From IMG/VR virus record IMGVR_UViG_3300001687_000017: a stretch of 61,473 bases of DNA. One strand, written 5' to 3'. Below are positions 27,123 to 37,800 of the stretch, one piece after another. The stretch's first letter is position 1; the number at the start of each line of letters is the position of its first letter. The stretch is from an uncultured virus (IMG/VR IMGVR_UViG_3300001687_000017) (lineage: Duplodnaviria; Heunggongvirae; Uroviricota; Caudoviricetes). Position numbers and translations under genes: made by a program. The notes below the pieces were generated by a model. The model saw only the letters and a program-made list of their open reading frames with translations. It had not been told where the DNA came from and searched no databases.

Positions 27123-29312
27123 TCATGTGAGCGTATCTACGCCCCACCAACCCGCCGGGCGAGCGGCTATGACCATCCAGCCCGTTGCCGCTACTGAAGT
27201 CCAGTCTCGCAGGTCGTAGGACGCGTCGTTGAAAAGCGTGTATGGGAAGCCGTTTGGCCCCAAAAGGTCCCTGAGCTGCGTGTGCAATGCGACCGCCTCG
27301 TCCCTGAGCCCGGCACCGACCCAGGCGTGAACCACGCCCGCCGTGCCCTCAATCCAGAGGCCGCCGGATGCGCCCGGATACCCGTAGTCCGGGCTGTAGG
27401 GCGTGTAGCCAACGAAGGTGCCGGACTGGGTGCCGTAGTAGGTGCCGCTGAACTCGCCGACCGGGGCAAAACTGCCGAAAAACGTGCCGTTGCTGTAAAT
27501 GCCTCGGGTTTGGTAGTCGGGAATGATGTCCAGGACCACGGTGCCGTGCGGAGCGCCCACGTCCCGGACCACGCTGGAGTACCAACTGGCCACGTCCAGG
27601 GCGTGCGCCGTGTCCGGGCTGCTGTTGTTGGTCATGCCCTGGTAGGCCCGTGGCGGGCTGTAGGTGCCTTGCCAGAAGGTGGTGTTGAGGACCTGGCCGA
27701 TGCGCGTGCCGTAGTCGTGCCACGCCTGGCTGCCGGTCATGGCGTAGTATTCCTTGGCAAACCAATAGGCGTCGGTATTGTGCTCGGTCGAGACCCACGG
27801 AACCTGGTAGGTGCCGTTGAATTCCCACACCGGAAGCTGATAGCGGCCCCTGCCGCCCCGGAAGGTGGAGACCTGCTTGTCATCGCTATCGACCCAGTAC
27901 TCCGTGACCATCGTTCCGGCGAACTCGCCCAGGACGTGCTCGATCGAGCTTTGCAGGTCGGGCGGCACGGTCGGGGCCTTGTTCAGGTACCAGGCCAGGG
28001 CCGAGGCGCACCAGAAGTTGGCCCCGGTTCGGTAATACGGATCGGGAGGAACGGCGGAGACCGTGTTTACCGAGAAAGCCCACTGGCGATCCAGCGGGGT
28101 CCACGCGGCGACGAGGCCCCGCGACCAGCGCTCGGCGGTCTCCCAGTCCTCCATGCCCACGGCGGCCACAATTGAGAGAGCCTGATCGTAGGTGTAGGTG
28201 CGCTTGTAGAGGTAGGGCCACGACGGATCGCTCTGGTCCATGCCGTAGGAGCGGAGCAAGCCCTGACCCCAGTAATGCTCGGCGATGAGGTTCTCCTCGG
28301 GAACCTTGACCAGTTTCAGGGTCTTGTAGCCAGGGGTGCCGAACGGGATTGAAAACCCGCCCAGCACCGCCCCGGATTGCCCGACCGTGGTGCCATACGC
28401 GTTGGCCACCAAATCTGCGCGCTTGATGCCTGAATCGGTCTCCGCCACGAATCCGTAAACGAACGGCGCATAGGTGTGGCCGAAGATGCCACCGTCGCTT
28501 TTGCGGATGAGCTTGGCGATCTTGGTGCCCGTAAACGCTTGGGCCGCCGCCCAAGTGCCGTCGCCTTGGATCGTGCCGGTGGACTGGTAGTAATCCTGGT
28601 CGGTCTTGCTAAAGACCTGAATTTCATAGTCAGCGTACTGGCCGGGGTCCAGGCCCTCCACGCGGCCCACGATGGGGCCGAAGCTGCCTGAATACGGGTA
28701 GGGCTCGCTGAAAAGCACGGCTCCCGTAAACAGATTCGAGCGGGAAATCAGGTAGGGGATGTCGCTGACCGCGTAGATGTCCACGCGGAGGTCAGTGCCT
28801 GTGAAGTCGGACGGAAAGGCGGTGGCGCGACCAGCGGCACTTCCAGTATAGCCGTAGTCGTAGGTGCCCGTCTGGCTGTAGTCGAAGGTGCCGTCCGGGT
28901 TCGTTCCGTAGAAAACCAGTTCAGCCCGGTTGGGCGTGGCGCTCCCGACGAAGTAATCAACGTCGCTGGTGTTGTATCCCCGGATCGAGTACTCGGTGTA
29001 AGCGTCGGTGCCGATGCCGGTGACGATGCCCGACACTTCGCCAACGTAGCTGGGCGCGTACGATCCTGTAAACGAAAGGCCGCTGGTGCCGTTGTAGAAG
29101 GTCGGCGGGTTCTCCAGCGTTTTGAGGACGGCGAAGGTTTCGTTTACGAAGTCGGCATCAAAATAGGCAAGCGGTGGCGTGGGAGGCGTGGGCGGAGCTG
29201 GATTGACCGGCCCGCTGCCATCGCTGCGGCCCGTGCGGCTGGTGTTCCAATAGGACGGAGCTGGCCATTTGTCCCCGGTCCTATCGAACGGGCGGATGAC
29301 AAACGGAGGCAT
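27123..29312 (-). CDS. Six-hairpin glycosidase-like protein with beta-rich N-terminal half
   Basis: TYTYDQAL, RTGANFW, STEHNTDAY, ALDVASW, LWIEGTA, SVAATGW, typical of (alpha/alpha)6 enzymes. Confidence 0.6.
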   Translation of the reverse strand: MPPFVIRPFDRTGDKWPAPSYWNTSRTGRSDGSGPVNPAPPTPPTPPLAYFDADFVNETFAVLKTLENPPTFYNGTSGLSFTGSYAPSYVGEVSGIVTGIGTDAYTEYSIRGYNTSDVDYFVGSATPNRAELVFYGTNPDGTFDYSQTGTYDYGYTGSAAGRATAFPSDFTGTDLRVDIYAVSDIPYLISRSNLFTGAVLFSEPYPYSGSFGPIVGRVEGLDPGQYADYEIQVFSKTDQDYYQSTGTIQGDGTWAAAQAFTGTKIAKLIRKSDGGIFGHTYAPFVYGFVAETDSGIKRADLVANAYGTTVGQSGAVLGGFSIPFGTPGYKTLKLVKVPEENLIAEHYWGQGLLRSYGMDQSDPSWPYLYKRTYTYDQALSIVAAVGMEDWETAERWSRGLVAAWTPLDRQWAFSVNTVSAVPPDPYYRTGANFWCASALAWYLNKAPTVPPDLQSSIEHVLGEFAGTMVTEYWVDSDDKQVSTFRGGRGRYQLPVWEFNGTYQVPWVSTEHNTDAYWFAKEYYAMTGSQAWHDYGTRIGQVLNTTFWQGTYSPPRAYQGMTNNSSPDTAHALDVASWYSSVVRDVGAPHGTVVLDIIPDYQTRGIYSNGTFFGSFAPVGEFSGTYYGTQSGTFVGYTPYSPDYGYPGASGGLWIEGTAGVVHAWVGAGLRDEAVALHTQLRDLLGPNGFPYTLFNDASYDLRDWTSVAATGWMVIAARPAGWWGVDTLT

Positions 29313-29319
29313 GGACCAG

Positions 29320-29595
29320 CTACTTCTTCCTCATCACCTTGCCGGGCGGCTTCGCAATGACGTTGAGCATCTTTTTGGATCGTGCCTCGGCCACTGGCAT
29401 TTCCACATCTTCCTGCCGGTAGCTGACCTTGCCCGGTGACTTGGCCACCGGAGCCGTGCCGCTGCTGGACGCGCCCTTTTGCTTGGCCTTCTTCATGGCC
29501 TTGGGCACGCCCATCTTAGCTTCGGGCATTTCGATCTTCTCGCCGCTCAAGAGTCGTTGCGCTACGCGCTCGGCTGTTTCGCGAATGTCGTTCAT
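29320..29595 (-). CDS. Small basic protein, possible internal head protein
   Basis: Lys-rich; GTAGTTA upstream; N-terminus AERVAQRLLSGE. Confidence 0.6.
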   Translation of the reverse strand: MNDIRETAERVAQRLLSGEKIEMPEAKMGVPKAMKKAKQKGASSSGTAPVAKSPGKVSYRQEDVEMPVAEARSKKMLNVIAKPPGKVMRKK

Positions 29596-29639
29596 ACGTT
29601 CCTAACTACGGCGTCCAGGTTAACGCGTTCTATCTGGCC

Positions 29640-30740
29640 ATGCAGCAAATTCTCATTCACCGAAAACAGCGGGACCCATTCAATCGGATTCCGAAAACGA
29701 TCGCCGAAAATCCAGAGCTGACCCTGGCGCAAAAAGGGCTCTTCACCTACCTCCTGGGCAAACCGGAGGGCTGGCGCATCATCACCAACGACGTGGTCAA
29801 GCAAACCAAGGACACCGAGTACAAAGTCCGCAAGGTCATGAACGAGCTGAGAGCGCTGGGTTACATGGCCCTGGTTAAGGCACGAGAGGGCAGTCAGATC
29901 ACGGCCTGGATTTGGCTCATCAGCGACGAGCCTATCTTCGCTACGCTTGAAGAGCTGGAAACCCTGGACCGGCAATACGAGCTGGCTAATGTGGAATACT
30001 CACGCCTGGAACGGCTTAGGAAGAAAAGAGGCCCCAACGGCTCCGCTTCGAGCCAACTTCCTAAAAATCGAGAAGTTGTCGATTATGATGAGAATTTTCA
30101 ACATGGGCCGGATCGCCACCATAGTAAGAAAGAGAGTAAGCAAGAACCAAATAAAGCAAGAACCACCACCACTACCGCCGCTGGCGCGGGCGGTCCAGCC
30201 GCTGGCGCGGCTGGTGGTGGTAGTAGTGTCGCCCTATCGGGCGGGGAGGAGCAGGCTGCAAGCCCGCAGGCCGCAGGCGAGGAACCCAGCCGCAGGGGCA
30301 GGCCAGGTGGCAAGCCCAAACACAAAGAGCTGACCTTGCAGGAGCAGGAGGCAGGCGTCTTCCTGGCTCATTACACCACCAAGCTGGGAAGGATGACCCG
30401 GAACTTCCAGATTCGGATTTCCCAGGAAACTGTGATCGAAGCCGGGAAGTTCTTCGAGGCGCATGGGCGGTGGGCAGGTTTGGACATAGTCCTGGTCTGC
30501 GCCCTGGCATGGGCCTGTGCCTACCAGAACCGCGCTCCGGGAAAGGGTAATTTCGACCGGTACTTCTACTCCAGGCGGTATGCCACCCGTCCAGAGAAGC
30601 TGTTCCAGGAAATGAACGGCCAAACCGTCATTGAACACATGGCCCACGAGGTCCGCTACGACTTCACCCAAACGTACGATCAAGCCTGGGCCACCCTGGA
30701 GAGCTTGGTGGCCGAGGTTTCCAAGGGCTGGGGTAGTTAA
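29640..30740 (+). CDS. HTH replication initiator / replisome-organiser-like protein
   Basis: FNRIPK..NPELTLAQKGLFTYLL..PEGW..VRKVMNELRALGY followed by a low-complexity linker. Confidence 0.7.
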   Translation: MQQILIHRKQRDPFNRIPKTIAENPELTLAQKGLFTYLLGKPEGWRIITNDVVKQTKDTEYKVRKVMNELRALGYMALVKAREGSQITAWIWLISDEPIFATLEELETLDRQYELANVEYSRLERLRKKRGPNGSASSQLPKNREVVDYDENFQHGPDRHHSKKESKQEPNKARTTTTTAAGAGGPAAGAAGGGSSVALSGGEEQAASPQAAGEEPSRRGRPGGKPKHKELTLQEQEAGVFLAHYTTKLGRMTRNFQIRISQETVIEAGKFFEAHGRWAGLDIVLVCALAWACAYQNRAPGKGNFDRYFYSRRYATRPEKLFQEMNGQTVIEHMAHEVRYDFTQTYDQAWATLESLVAEVSKGWGS

Positions 30741-30744
30741 GGCA

Positions 30745-31608
30745 ATGGCAGACAAACCAAATCGCCCCGTGCGCGACTGGCTCAAGAAGGTGGAGACCAC
30801 CGGGCCGCTCACCACGCGATTACGGGCCGCCAAAATCAAGGACCCGACGCTGTACGTGGGCGCGGCGATCCGCGAGAACGGCAGGCACCCGCACTTCGGG
30901 GCTTTTGAGCCGCAGGTGGAAGTCACCAGCGAGACCCAGGAGTCGGGCGACGAGTTCTATGACGCGATCCACAGCACCCTGGTTGAGTGGCTGGCCGAAG
31001 AGGTTCAAAGCTTAAACCGCGAGTTTTTCAAAATTCTGGAGACCGAGTACGACTACCAGGTGAGCGATGAGGGCGTGGCCGACAGCCTGGACGCAAACGA
31101 AATGCACTTTGATGCTGATGGCCAGCCCGCCGACCTGAGCCACTACTACCACATCGATCAGTTGCCCAAACCGGTGGCGGTCAAGGTCATCGGCCTGTAC
31201 TCGCGGATGTTTGGTAAAACGGAAGAGGAGGTTGCCGAGGCGCTCCTGGCCAACAAGATCAAGTTCGACAAGCGGGGCAACCGCGTGGACACCGACGAGT
31301 TCAAGCGCGTCAGCGAGCTGCCGCCCGAAGTTCGCAAAAAGGTCCTCGAAAAGCATCGTTACTGGAACGTTGAGGACAACGACTGGGCGCACTGGCTTCA
31401 GGAAAACTTCGCCGAGGAACGCTTGCAGGGCTGGCGGAACCCACAGTTTGAGTGGGAACTTTACGGATCGGTCCACGCTGCCCGAATTCTGACGGACAAC
31501 GTCGACCTGGACACTTTCATTCCCGAGGCGGAAAAGCACCGGCAGAGCCAGTCAAGAAAGCAAACGAGCGAGGCCCGGCAGGTGGCACAAAGGGTTCTCG
31601 TAACATGA
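30745..31608 (+). CDS. Hypothetical acidic protein with internal repeats
   Basis: LETEYDYQVSDEGVADSLDANEMHFD and EEVAEALLANKIKFD repeats; GTAGTTA upstream. Confidence 0.7.
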   Translation: MADKPNRPVRDWLKKVETTGPLTTRLRAAKIKDPTLYVGAAIRENGRHPHFGAFEPQVEVTSETQESGDEFYDAIHSTLVEWLAEEVQSLNREFFKILETEYDYQVSDEGVADSLDANEMHFDADGQPADLSHYYHIDQLPKPVAVKVIGLYSRMFGKTEEEVAEALLANKIKFDKRGNRVDTDEFKRVSELPPEVRKKVLEKHRYWNVEDNDWAHWLQENFAEERLQGWRNPQFEWELYGSVHAARILTDNVDLDTFIPEAEKHRQSQSRKQTSEARQVAQRVLVT

Positions 31609-32048
31609 AACTCGACGCGGAAACCCATGACTACATCGCCCAACGAGCGCAGTGGTACTTCGACGTTTACCCGGCGGGCTACCCATACTCGGTTGAGAAT
31701 TTCGTTCTCACCGGGGACGGCGTGGACGATCTTGATTTCGCCATCACGCGGATCGAGGCGTACGGAACCATCCGCCCGCCTCGCATTGTCTGCGAGGTCG
31801 GCACGAGCGGCACGGTCATGCTCGGGAACGCCTTTCCCAAATATCTTCCCTGCGACGTTGAAGATGTTAGAGCAATTCGTGAAGCGTTTATCGCATGGTA
31901 TGGGACGGTCAACAGGCCGGACATCTACGCGACCGGGACCGGTGCGTCTATGGAGACACCCTGCCAGCCACAAGCTGTTTGCGTGTGGTGTACCACCGGG
32001 TCCCTCACCGGGACTTACGCGGGTACGGTCTTTCCGGGACAATGCTGA
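31605..32048 (+). CDS. Hypothetical Gly-Thr-rich protein
   Basis: ORF from MKLDAE; GTTCT-N6-ATG. Confidence 0.6.
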   Translation: MKLDAETHDYIAQRAQWYFDVYPAGYPYSVENFVLTGDGVDDLDFAITRIEAYGTIRPPRIVCEVGTSGTVMLGNAFPKYLPCDVEDVRAIREAFIAWYGTVNRPDIYATGTGASMETPCQPQAVCVWCTTGSLTGTYAGTVFPGQC

Positions 32049-34078
32049 TGAAGAAGGTTACGGAAGCGGACGGCGGAGCTGAGCGCGCCCGGCGCGACTT
32101 CAAAGCCATGATTCAGGCCCAGCGCGACGCTGAGGCCGCCAAGGCGCGTGCCCGCGAGGCGGAACGGGCCACGGCCCGCCACCAAAAGGTCTTGGATAAC
32201 GGGCCGCCGCTGCGGGACGGCGAGGAGGATAACCCGAAGATGATGTGGTTTCGGGAGAACCTGGAATGGGAGCCGCACCCGGAACTGTGGTGCCCGCCGA
32301 GTACTGGCTACAGCGACGGCAGCGGCAGCTTCGTCGAGCGCTCCAACGCCAAGTGGTTCACCGAAAACATGGGTGAAATCTTCAGCCAGGTCGGCGGCGG
32401 CTACGGCACGGTATGGACCGGCATTACCGATGAGGACCGGTGGGTCATCACCGACGAGCAGTTTGAGCAGCTCAAGGATGTGGTCGAGGGCCTGGAGGGC
32501 TACCCCATCATCGACGAGCAGCTCTACAGCGAAATGGAGTACGACGCCTACAACGAGTACTACCAGGGCGAAGGGCGCAAGGACCTGCGCCAGGCGCTCC
32601 TGCAAAGGTTCTCCGGCGACCCCGAGGCGCAGATGGCCGTGCGCTTCAGCTCGGTCGACGCGTTCGACCACCTGGCCTGGAATAGCGACATCAGCCAGGC
32701 TTTTGAGACAGAAACGGGCGGCGGCGTTTACTTTCGGGCCAACGCGGCTGCCGAAGGCTTCAACCGGGACGAGGTCGTGGACCTGGTCAGCGAGGAGGAG
32801 GCCCGCACGGCAATGGCCAGCGCGTGGGCCGAGCGTATTCAGCCTGGGTGGATCGACACGCTGGCTGAGGTTCGACGCGACGATGAACGGCTGGTCAACA
32901 CGGTCGCGGAGCTGGAGCCCTCGTCAGGCTTCAATTTGTTTACGAAATTGATGGTTAAGGTTGGAGCCGACTGGGAATGGGATCAGCGGGAGGATGAGGC
33001 CAGGGACGCGTTCGACATCGATAGTGATTCTATGAAGGAAATGGCGCAGGCACTGGAGCCGGGCATGCTGAGCGGTCTTCGCCCCGAGGACCCGCGCCAG
33101 CTGCGCTTGGCCATCGAGCAGATTCTCAATGGCGAGCCGACCTTCACGCTCTTCGAGGGGTTTAAGGAGAAGAAGCAGCTTTTCGTCAGCCAAGGCGCGA
33201 GCCCCGAGGAAGTCGACGCACTCCTTACCCAGTTCAAGCGCCTGAAGCAACGCGGCCTGCTCCAGGGTGAGGAGGCCGACATCGACCGGTACACTGACTT
33301 GGATTCGCTGCGGCAGGCGGTCGAAGCCGCGTCGCAGAAACAGAGCAAAACGGGGCGCAAGCGGGAGGTTCGGCACAAAGAGGCTATCGTGCTCCGGGAT
33401 GACGAGGAGATGCAGATTGTCGTTCCGAAAACCTGGGCCGCCGCGAAAGCCTACGGCAAGGGGACCAAGTGGTGCATCAGCATGAAGGAGTACCCGAGCC
33501 ACTGGACCGAGTACCACAAGAAGCTCGCCAAGCATTACATGATCTGGAACAAGCGGCTGCCCGCGCCCACGATGGGCACCCACGGCGAGCCGATCGGCGG
33601 CAGCCCGCTCTACAAGATTGCCGTTACGATTTACCCGGACGGCCATTCATCGATCTACAATGCGCAGGACCAGGCCATCACCGAGCAGGACCTGAAACGA
33701 GCCACCGGTTTCAGCCTTTCGGATTTCAAGTCTTGGGAGGAGCACGAGCTTGCGGGCCGCGACCTGTTCCGCCTGATGGGCGCGAAGAACGTGCCGTTCC
33801 GCGAGCGTGTGGAGCGGATCGGGGCCGAGGGCTGGGCCGAGATGGGCAAGAATGTGGCCATGCGCGAACTGTGGTCCAGTGACCAGGCCGAGGACCTGAA
33901 GGGCAAAAGCAAAGAGGAGGTCGACGCGGCCTGGGACGAGTTCTGGCAGAAGGCCCGGCAGGAGCTGCTGGACTACCCGGACGACGAGGACTACGAAAAG
34001 AGCCTGAAGTTCTACGTCGAGTCGCTGCGGCTGCCGCCCGGCAAACAGCTGGCACTGCTGGAGGACGCCGATGAATAG
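32042..34078 (+). CDS. Large acidic multidomain protein, probable internal head protein
   Basis: Contains IVVPKTWAAAKAYGKGTKWCIS, a module I recall from large-phage proteins; LFE/LLE sites at domain borders. Confidence 0.65.
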   Translation: MLMKKVTEADGGAERARRDFKAMIQAQRDAEAAKARAREAERATARHQKVLDNGPPLRDGEEDNPKMMWFRENLEWEPHPELWCPPSTGYSDGSGSFVERSNAKWFTENMGEIFSQVGGGYGTVWTGITDEDRWVITDEQFEQLKDVVEGLEGYPIIDEQLYSEMEYDAYNEYYQGEGRKDLRQALLQRFSGDPEAQMAVRFSSVDAFDHLAWNSDISQAFETETGGGVYFRANAAAEGFNRDEVVDLVSEEEARTAMASAWAERIQPGWIDTLAEVRRDDERLVNTVAELEPSSGFNLFTKLMVKVGADWEWDQREDEARDAFDIDSDSMKEMAQALEPGMLSGLRPEDPRQLRLAIEQILNGEPTFTLFEGFKEKKQLFVSQGASPEEVDALLTQFKRLKQRGLLQGEEADIDRYTDLDSLRQAVEAASQKQSKTGRKREVRHKEAIVLRDDEEMQIVVPKTWAAAKAYGKGTKWCISMKEYPSHWTEYHKKLAKHYMIWNKRLPAPTMGTHGEPIGGSPLYKIAVTIYPDGHSSIYNAQDQAITEQDLKRATGFSLSDFKSWEEHELAGRDLFRLMGAKNVPFRERVERIGAEGWAEMGKNVAMRELWSSDQAEDLKGKSKEEVDAAWDEFWQKARQELLDYPDDEDYEKSLKFYVESLRLPPGKQLALLEDADE

Positions 34079-34778
34079 CCAGGCCCTCCGTCTCGCCCGA
34101 TGCCTGCTGGAGCAGAAGTTCAGCTACAGCACAACGCAGATCAATCTGCCGTCGCCGCTCGACGATTTCGTCGTGAAGTGGGGCCGGATGCACGTGCAGG
34201 ACCAGGACCTCTACTACTTTGACGATGGCGGCGGTGGCCGTGAAACCGAACCTCATATCACGGTGCTTTACGGGCTGCTGGAACCCGAGCCCAGCGATGC
34301 GCTCCGGCAAATCGTCCGCCGGACTTCGCCCTTCTGGATTCGGTTGGGGCCGACGAGCCTCTTCGAGAACGAGGACTTTGACGTGCTCAAGTTTTCCGTG
34401 GTGAGCCCCGACTTGGAGGCGCTCAGCGGTGCGATCCGCCAGGCGTGCCCAAACGAGAACAAGTACCCGAAGTACATCCCGCACGCCACAATAGCCTACG
34501 TGAAAAAGGGCCGCGCCAAGCACTTGAACGGGCTGTACCCGTTCGAGGGTTATCCGCCCGTTCCCAGCGAGTTCGAGGCTAACACGTTGATTTTCAGCGC
34601 TGCCGGGGATGACGACGACCCGAAGCGCCGAACAGTGAGGCTTCCATTCAACCGGACGAGGAACGAAAGTCTCAATCAGGACAGCCCATTCCAGGGTTTA
34701 TGGTTCCCGGCAGACGCGTCCGAGCTGGCCAGCAAGATTCTCGGACTCAAGAAACAAGACCCAAAGCAGGTTGTTTAG
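34071..34778 (+). CDS. 2H phosphoesterase, Acb1 (T4 gp57B)-like
   Basis: Two HxT motifs: EPHITVLYGL and YIPHATIAYVK. Confidence 0.8.
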   Translation: MNSQALRLARCLLEQKFSYSTTQINLPSPLDDFVVKWGRMHVQDQDLYYFDDGGGGRETEPHITVLYGLLEPEPSDALRQIVRRTSPFWIRLGPTSLFENEDFDVLKFSVVSPDLEALSGAIRQACPNENKYPKYIPHATIAYVKKGRAKHLNGLYPFEGYPPVPSEFEANTLIFSAAGDDDDPKRRTVRLPFNRTRNESLNQDSPFQGLWFPADASELASKILGLKKQDPKQVV

Positions 34779-34811
34779 CACTCATCCTGCGAAGGGGTAG
34801 TTAGAGCAGGC

Positions 34812-37800
34812 ATGAGCTTAATCAACCTGACCGAAGATTTCCTCTACGACCGGCTGCCCGAGGGGCTGATCCAGCTGGACGAGAGGGGTCTGATCCAGGC
34901 TGTCCTCGGTGGGTTTCAGGACCGCATCGAGGATTTGCGCTTCTACGCCAAGCGCTTCCAAAGCTTCTACACGCCGATCCCCGAGGCGCTTTATCGCCCA
35001 AACGTCGTGCTGGTCACTTATCGCACCGATCAGGGGCGCGACATCACGCGGAGCATTGACCTGGAGACCGAAACGCCGCAGGACGGGACGAGCGACCTGC
35101 TGGTATGGGCCGCCACGCAGCTGAATGTCGATACGGACCGAGTCTCCAACGCCCGCTATGGCGTGGACCCGCTGCGAGACATCGAACCCAGCCTGCTCGA
35201 TTACCTGGCCACCAACGTCGGGGCCGTCCTCTACGCCAGCGCGATCCTCAAGGAGAGCCCGTCGGTTACGACCAGCACGGGCACACTGACCGCCGCCAAT
35301 TACGCCTACAGTAAGCTCTTGGAGACGTACTTCCCTCGGCTCAAGTTCAAGGGCACGGCCAAGAGCTTCGAGGCGCTTGGCAAACTGCTGGGATGGGATG
35401 ACGTGCGGGTCACGCCGCTTTGGGGCCGGGTGAGCCCACGGCTGCCAAACGATCCAGGCAGCGACGTGAACGACCCGGACTTCTCGGAGATGCCGGAATT
35501 CTGGCCGCAGCAAACGATCGGGCCTTTTTACGACCCGCTCGACCAGGCCGATGGGCCTTTTTACGACTGGACCGGGACCGCGTCGGCGGGCACTGCGTCA
35601 ACGAAGTTTTACAGCCAGGTCGTAAACGGATTTCAGCCGTACGTGGAGGTTCTCGTGACCGGGACCGCCTCCGGCACGGTCATCCAGCACCCGTCCAGCG
35701 GCAGTTACGTGCTGGCCGACGGAGCGCCGCACCAAAAGGCGATGGTCGACGCCGGGGACATTCAGTTCCGGGCGCTGGGCGAGGGCGAAAGCTACAACGG
35801 CGTCACGGTCACCGTCTTCGACGTGGTGGACGCGGACTTGCGGGGCGTCAACGTGGATGGACGCCTTTCCTCGATCAAGTACCGGACCAGCTTCTACAAC
35901 CTGGGTCTGACCATCACATCGGAGAAGGCGCAAGCGGTTTTCGGAACCCTGACGGCCAAGGCCAACAAGGACCTGGCGGTCGCGCCCCACGAGTACCAGA
36001 GCTTTGTCGGCAACCTCACGGCGGTCAGCCCCTACCGGCCATTCACCAGCGGCACCGTGGCCCTGGACACGCTGACCACGGACTGGCTGACGCCGTTTAC
36101 CGGGACGATTTCAACCTACACCGAGCGTCGGGAAGCCGGGTTGGGCGATCGGCAGGAGAATTGGGACGACCTGTCCCGCGCCGGAGCCCAGGCCACGCAG
36201 GCGCTGGAGGAAGTGCGGGCCGCCACCCGGCGTCCTCGCGTCAGCTCCTTCGGCTATCTGCAAAAGGACCAGGTGGGCTACGCGCCCTATCCGGCGCAGG
36301 ACTGCCTGTTTACACTTTACGGTTCGATCGTCGCGGGGACGTATCACGGCACGTTCAGCACTTACCCGCTGCCGCCCTATTACGCCGACGTAGGCTATGT
36401 GAGCGGTGGCTTTGTGACCGTTTTCGACGCGGGGACCAATCCGGCCTTTCCAGGCATCGTCACCTATCAAAATTGCGCGGACGGCGGGACGATCGCGGGT
36501 ACGATCGGCTACACCGGCACAGGCACGAACTCCTATTTGTTTACGGCGACGGGCACGTGGCCTCAATGGGGTACTGTTTGTGCGCTGTTCACGGTGACCG
36601 ACACTGAAGTTGTCCGGCCAGAGCCCTTCAGTTGGTCGACCGGCACGACGGTCCTGGCTGCCTTGGCGGATTACGGCCTGGCGGGCACGAACCACGATGA
36701 GGTCGCCGCGCTCATCAACAGCTGGAGCCCGCAGGCGGTCGTGGCGATGGGCGACAACAACTACCCGGACGGACAGGCGGCCACGATTGCGGCCAATAAC
36801 GTCGGGTACGAGAGCTACATTGTCAGCGACCGTTTCTTCCCGGCGATCGGCAACCACGATTACTGCTGCTCCTCGACCGGGACCGACCTCACGCCGCACC
36901 TGACCTATTTCTTTGACGGCACCGCTCCAGGCGAAGGTGGTCGCTACTACAGCCGCCGGATCGGCAACGTCGAAATCTTCTGCCTCAACGCGGGCTGGAA
37001 CAGCAGCCAGGCAGCGGCAGCCGTCGGCGACCCTTATTACGTGACCACGCAGGAGCCCAGCGGGAACAGCCTGACCAGCACCCAGGCGCTCTGGCTCAAG
37101 CAGGCCCTCCAGGAATCGACGGCGACGTGGAAAATCGTTTACAGCCATTACCCGCCCTACGCGTCGGAGACCACAACGAACAACTATGCGCCCGGTTACC
37201 CAAGGCTGCGCTGGCCGTTCAAGGCGTGGGGTGCTGATCTGTACCTGGCCGGGCACGTTCACGCCTACGAGCGGCTGGAGGTCGATGGCCTGACCTACAT
37301 TACGTGCGGCGTGGGCGGGGCGGGAAATCGCGTCTTCGACGGTTACGTGTCTCCAGGGAGCGTGGTCCGCTATGCGCCCTTGGGCGCAACGACCGAGCAT
37401 GGGGCGCTCCGCATCTTCGCGACCGGCCAAGGGCTCCAGATTGATTTCATTCTCGACACCGGCCAGGTCATCGACCGCGTGTTCTTGGACGCCACCAAGA
37501 AGTATCTGGCGCGGCCCGAGGACGAGATTGACGACGATGAGGTCTACGGCACCGCCGACATGTACCCGTGGCGGCGCGACATCGTGGGCAACGGCGAGCT
37601 GGTCGAGCAGGACTACTACACGGCTGGCACCAACAACCTGGCCGTCTCGATCCTGGAGAAGACCATGACCGTGCCGGACCAGACCGGTGCGGAATACGAC
37701 GTTTACGCGATTAAAGGCCAGGAGCCTTACCGTCTGGTGGCGGCGCTTCGCGCCACGAGTCCGGCCTCGGATTACGTGCCCGGCCAGCCCAGCGTGGCCT

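Noticed and set aside
30745..31608. Toxin-antitoxin antitoxin label
   Set aside because: The resemblance is to a loosely annotated family, and no toxin gene is adjacent
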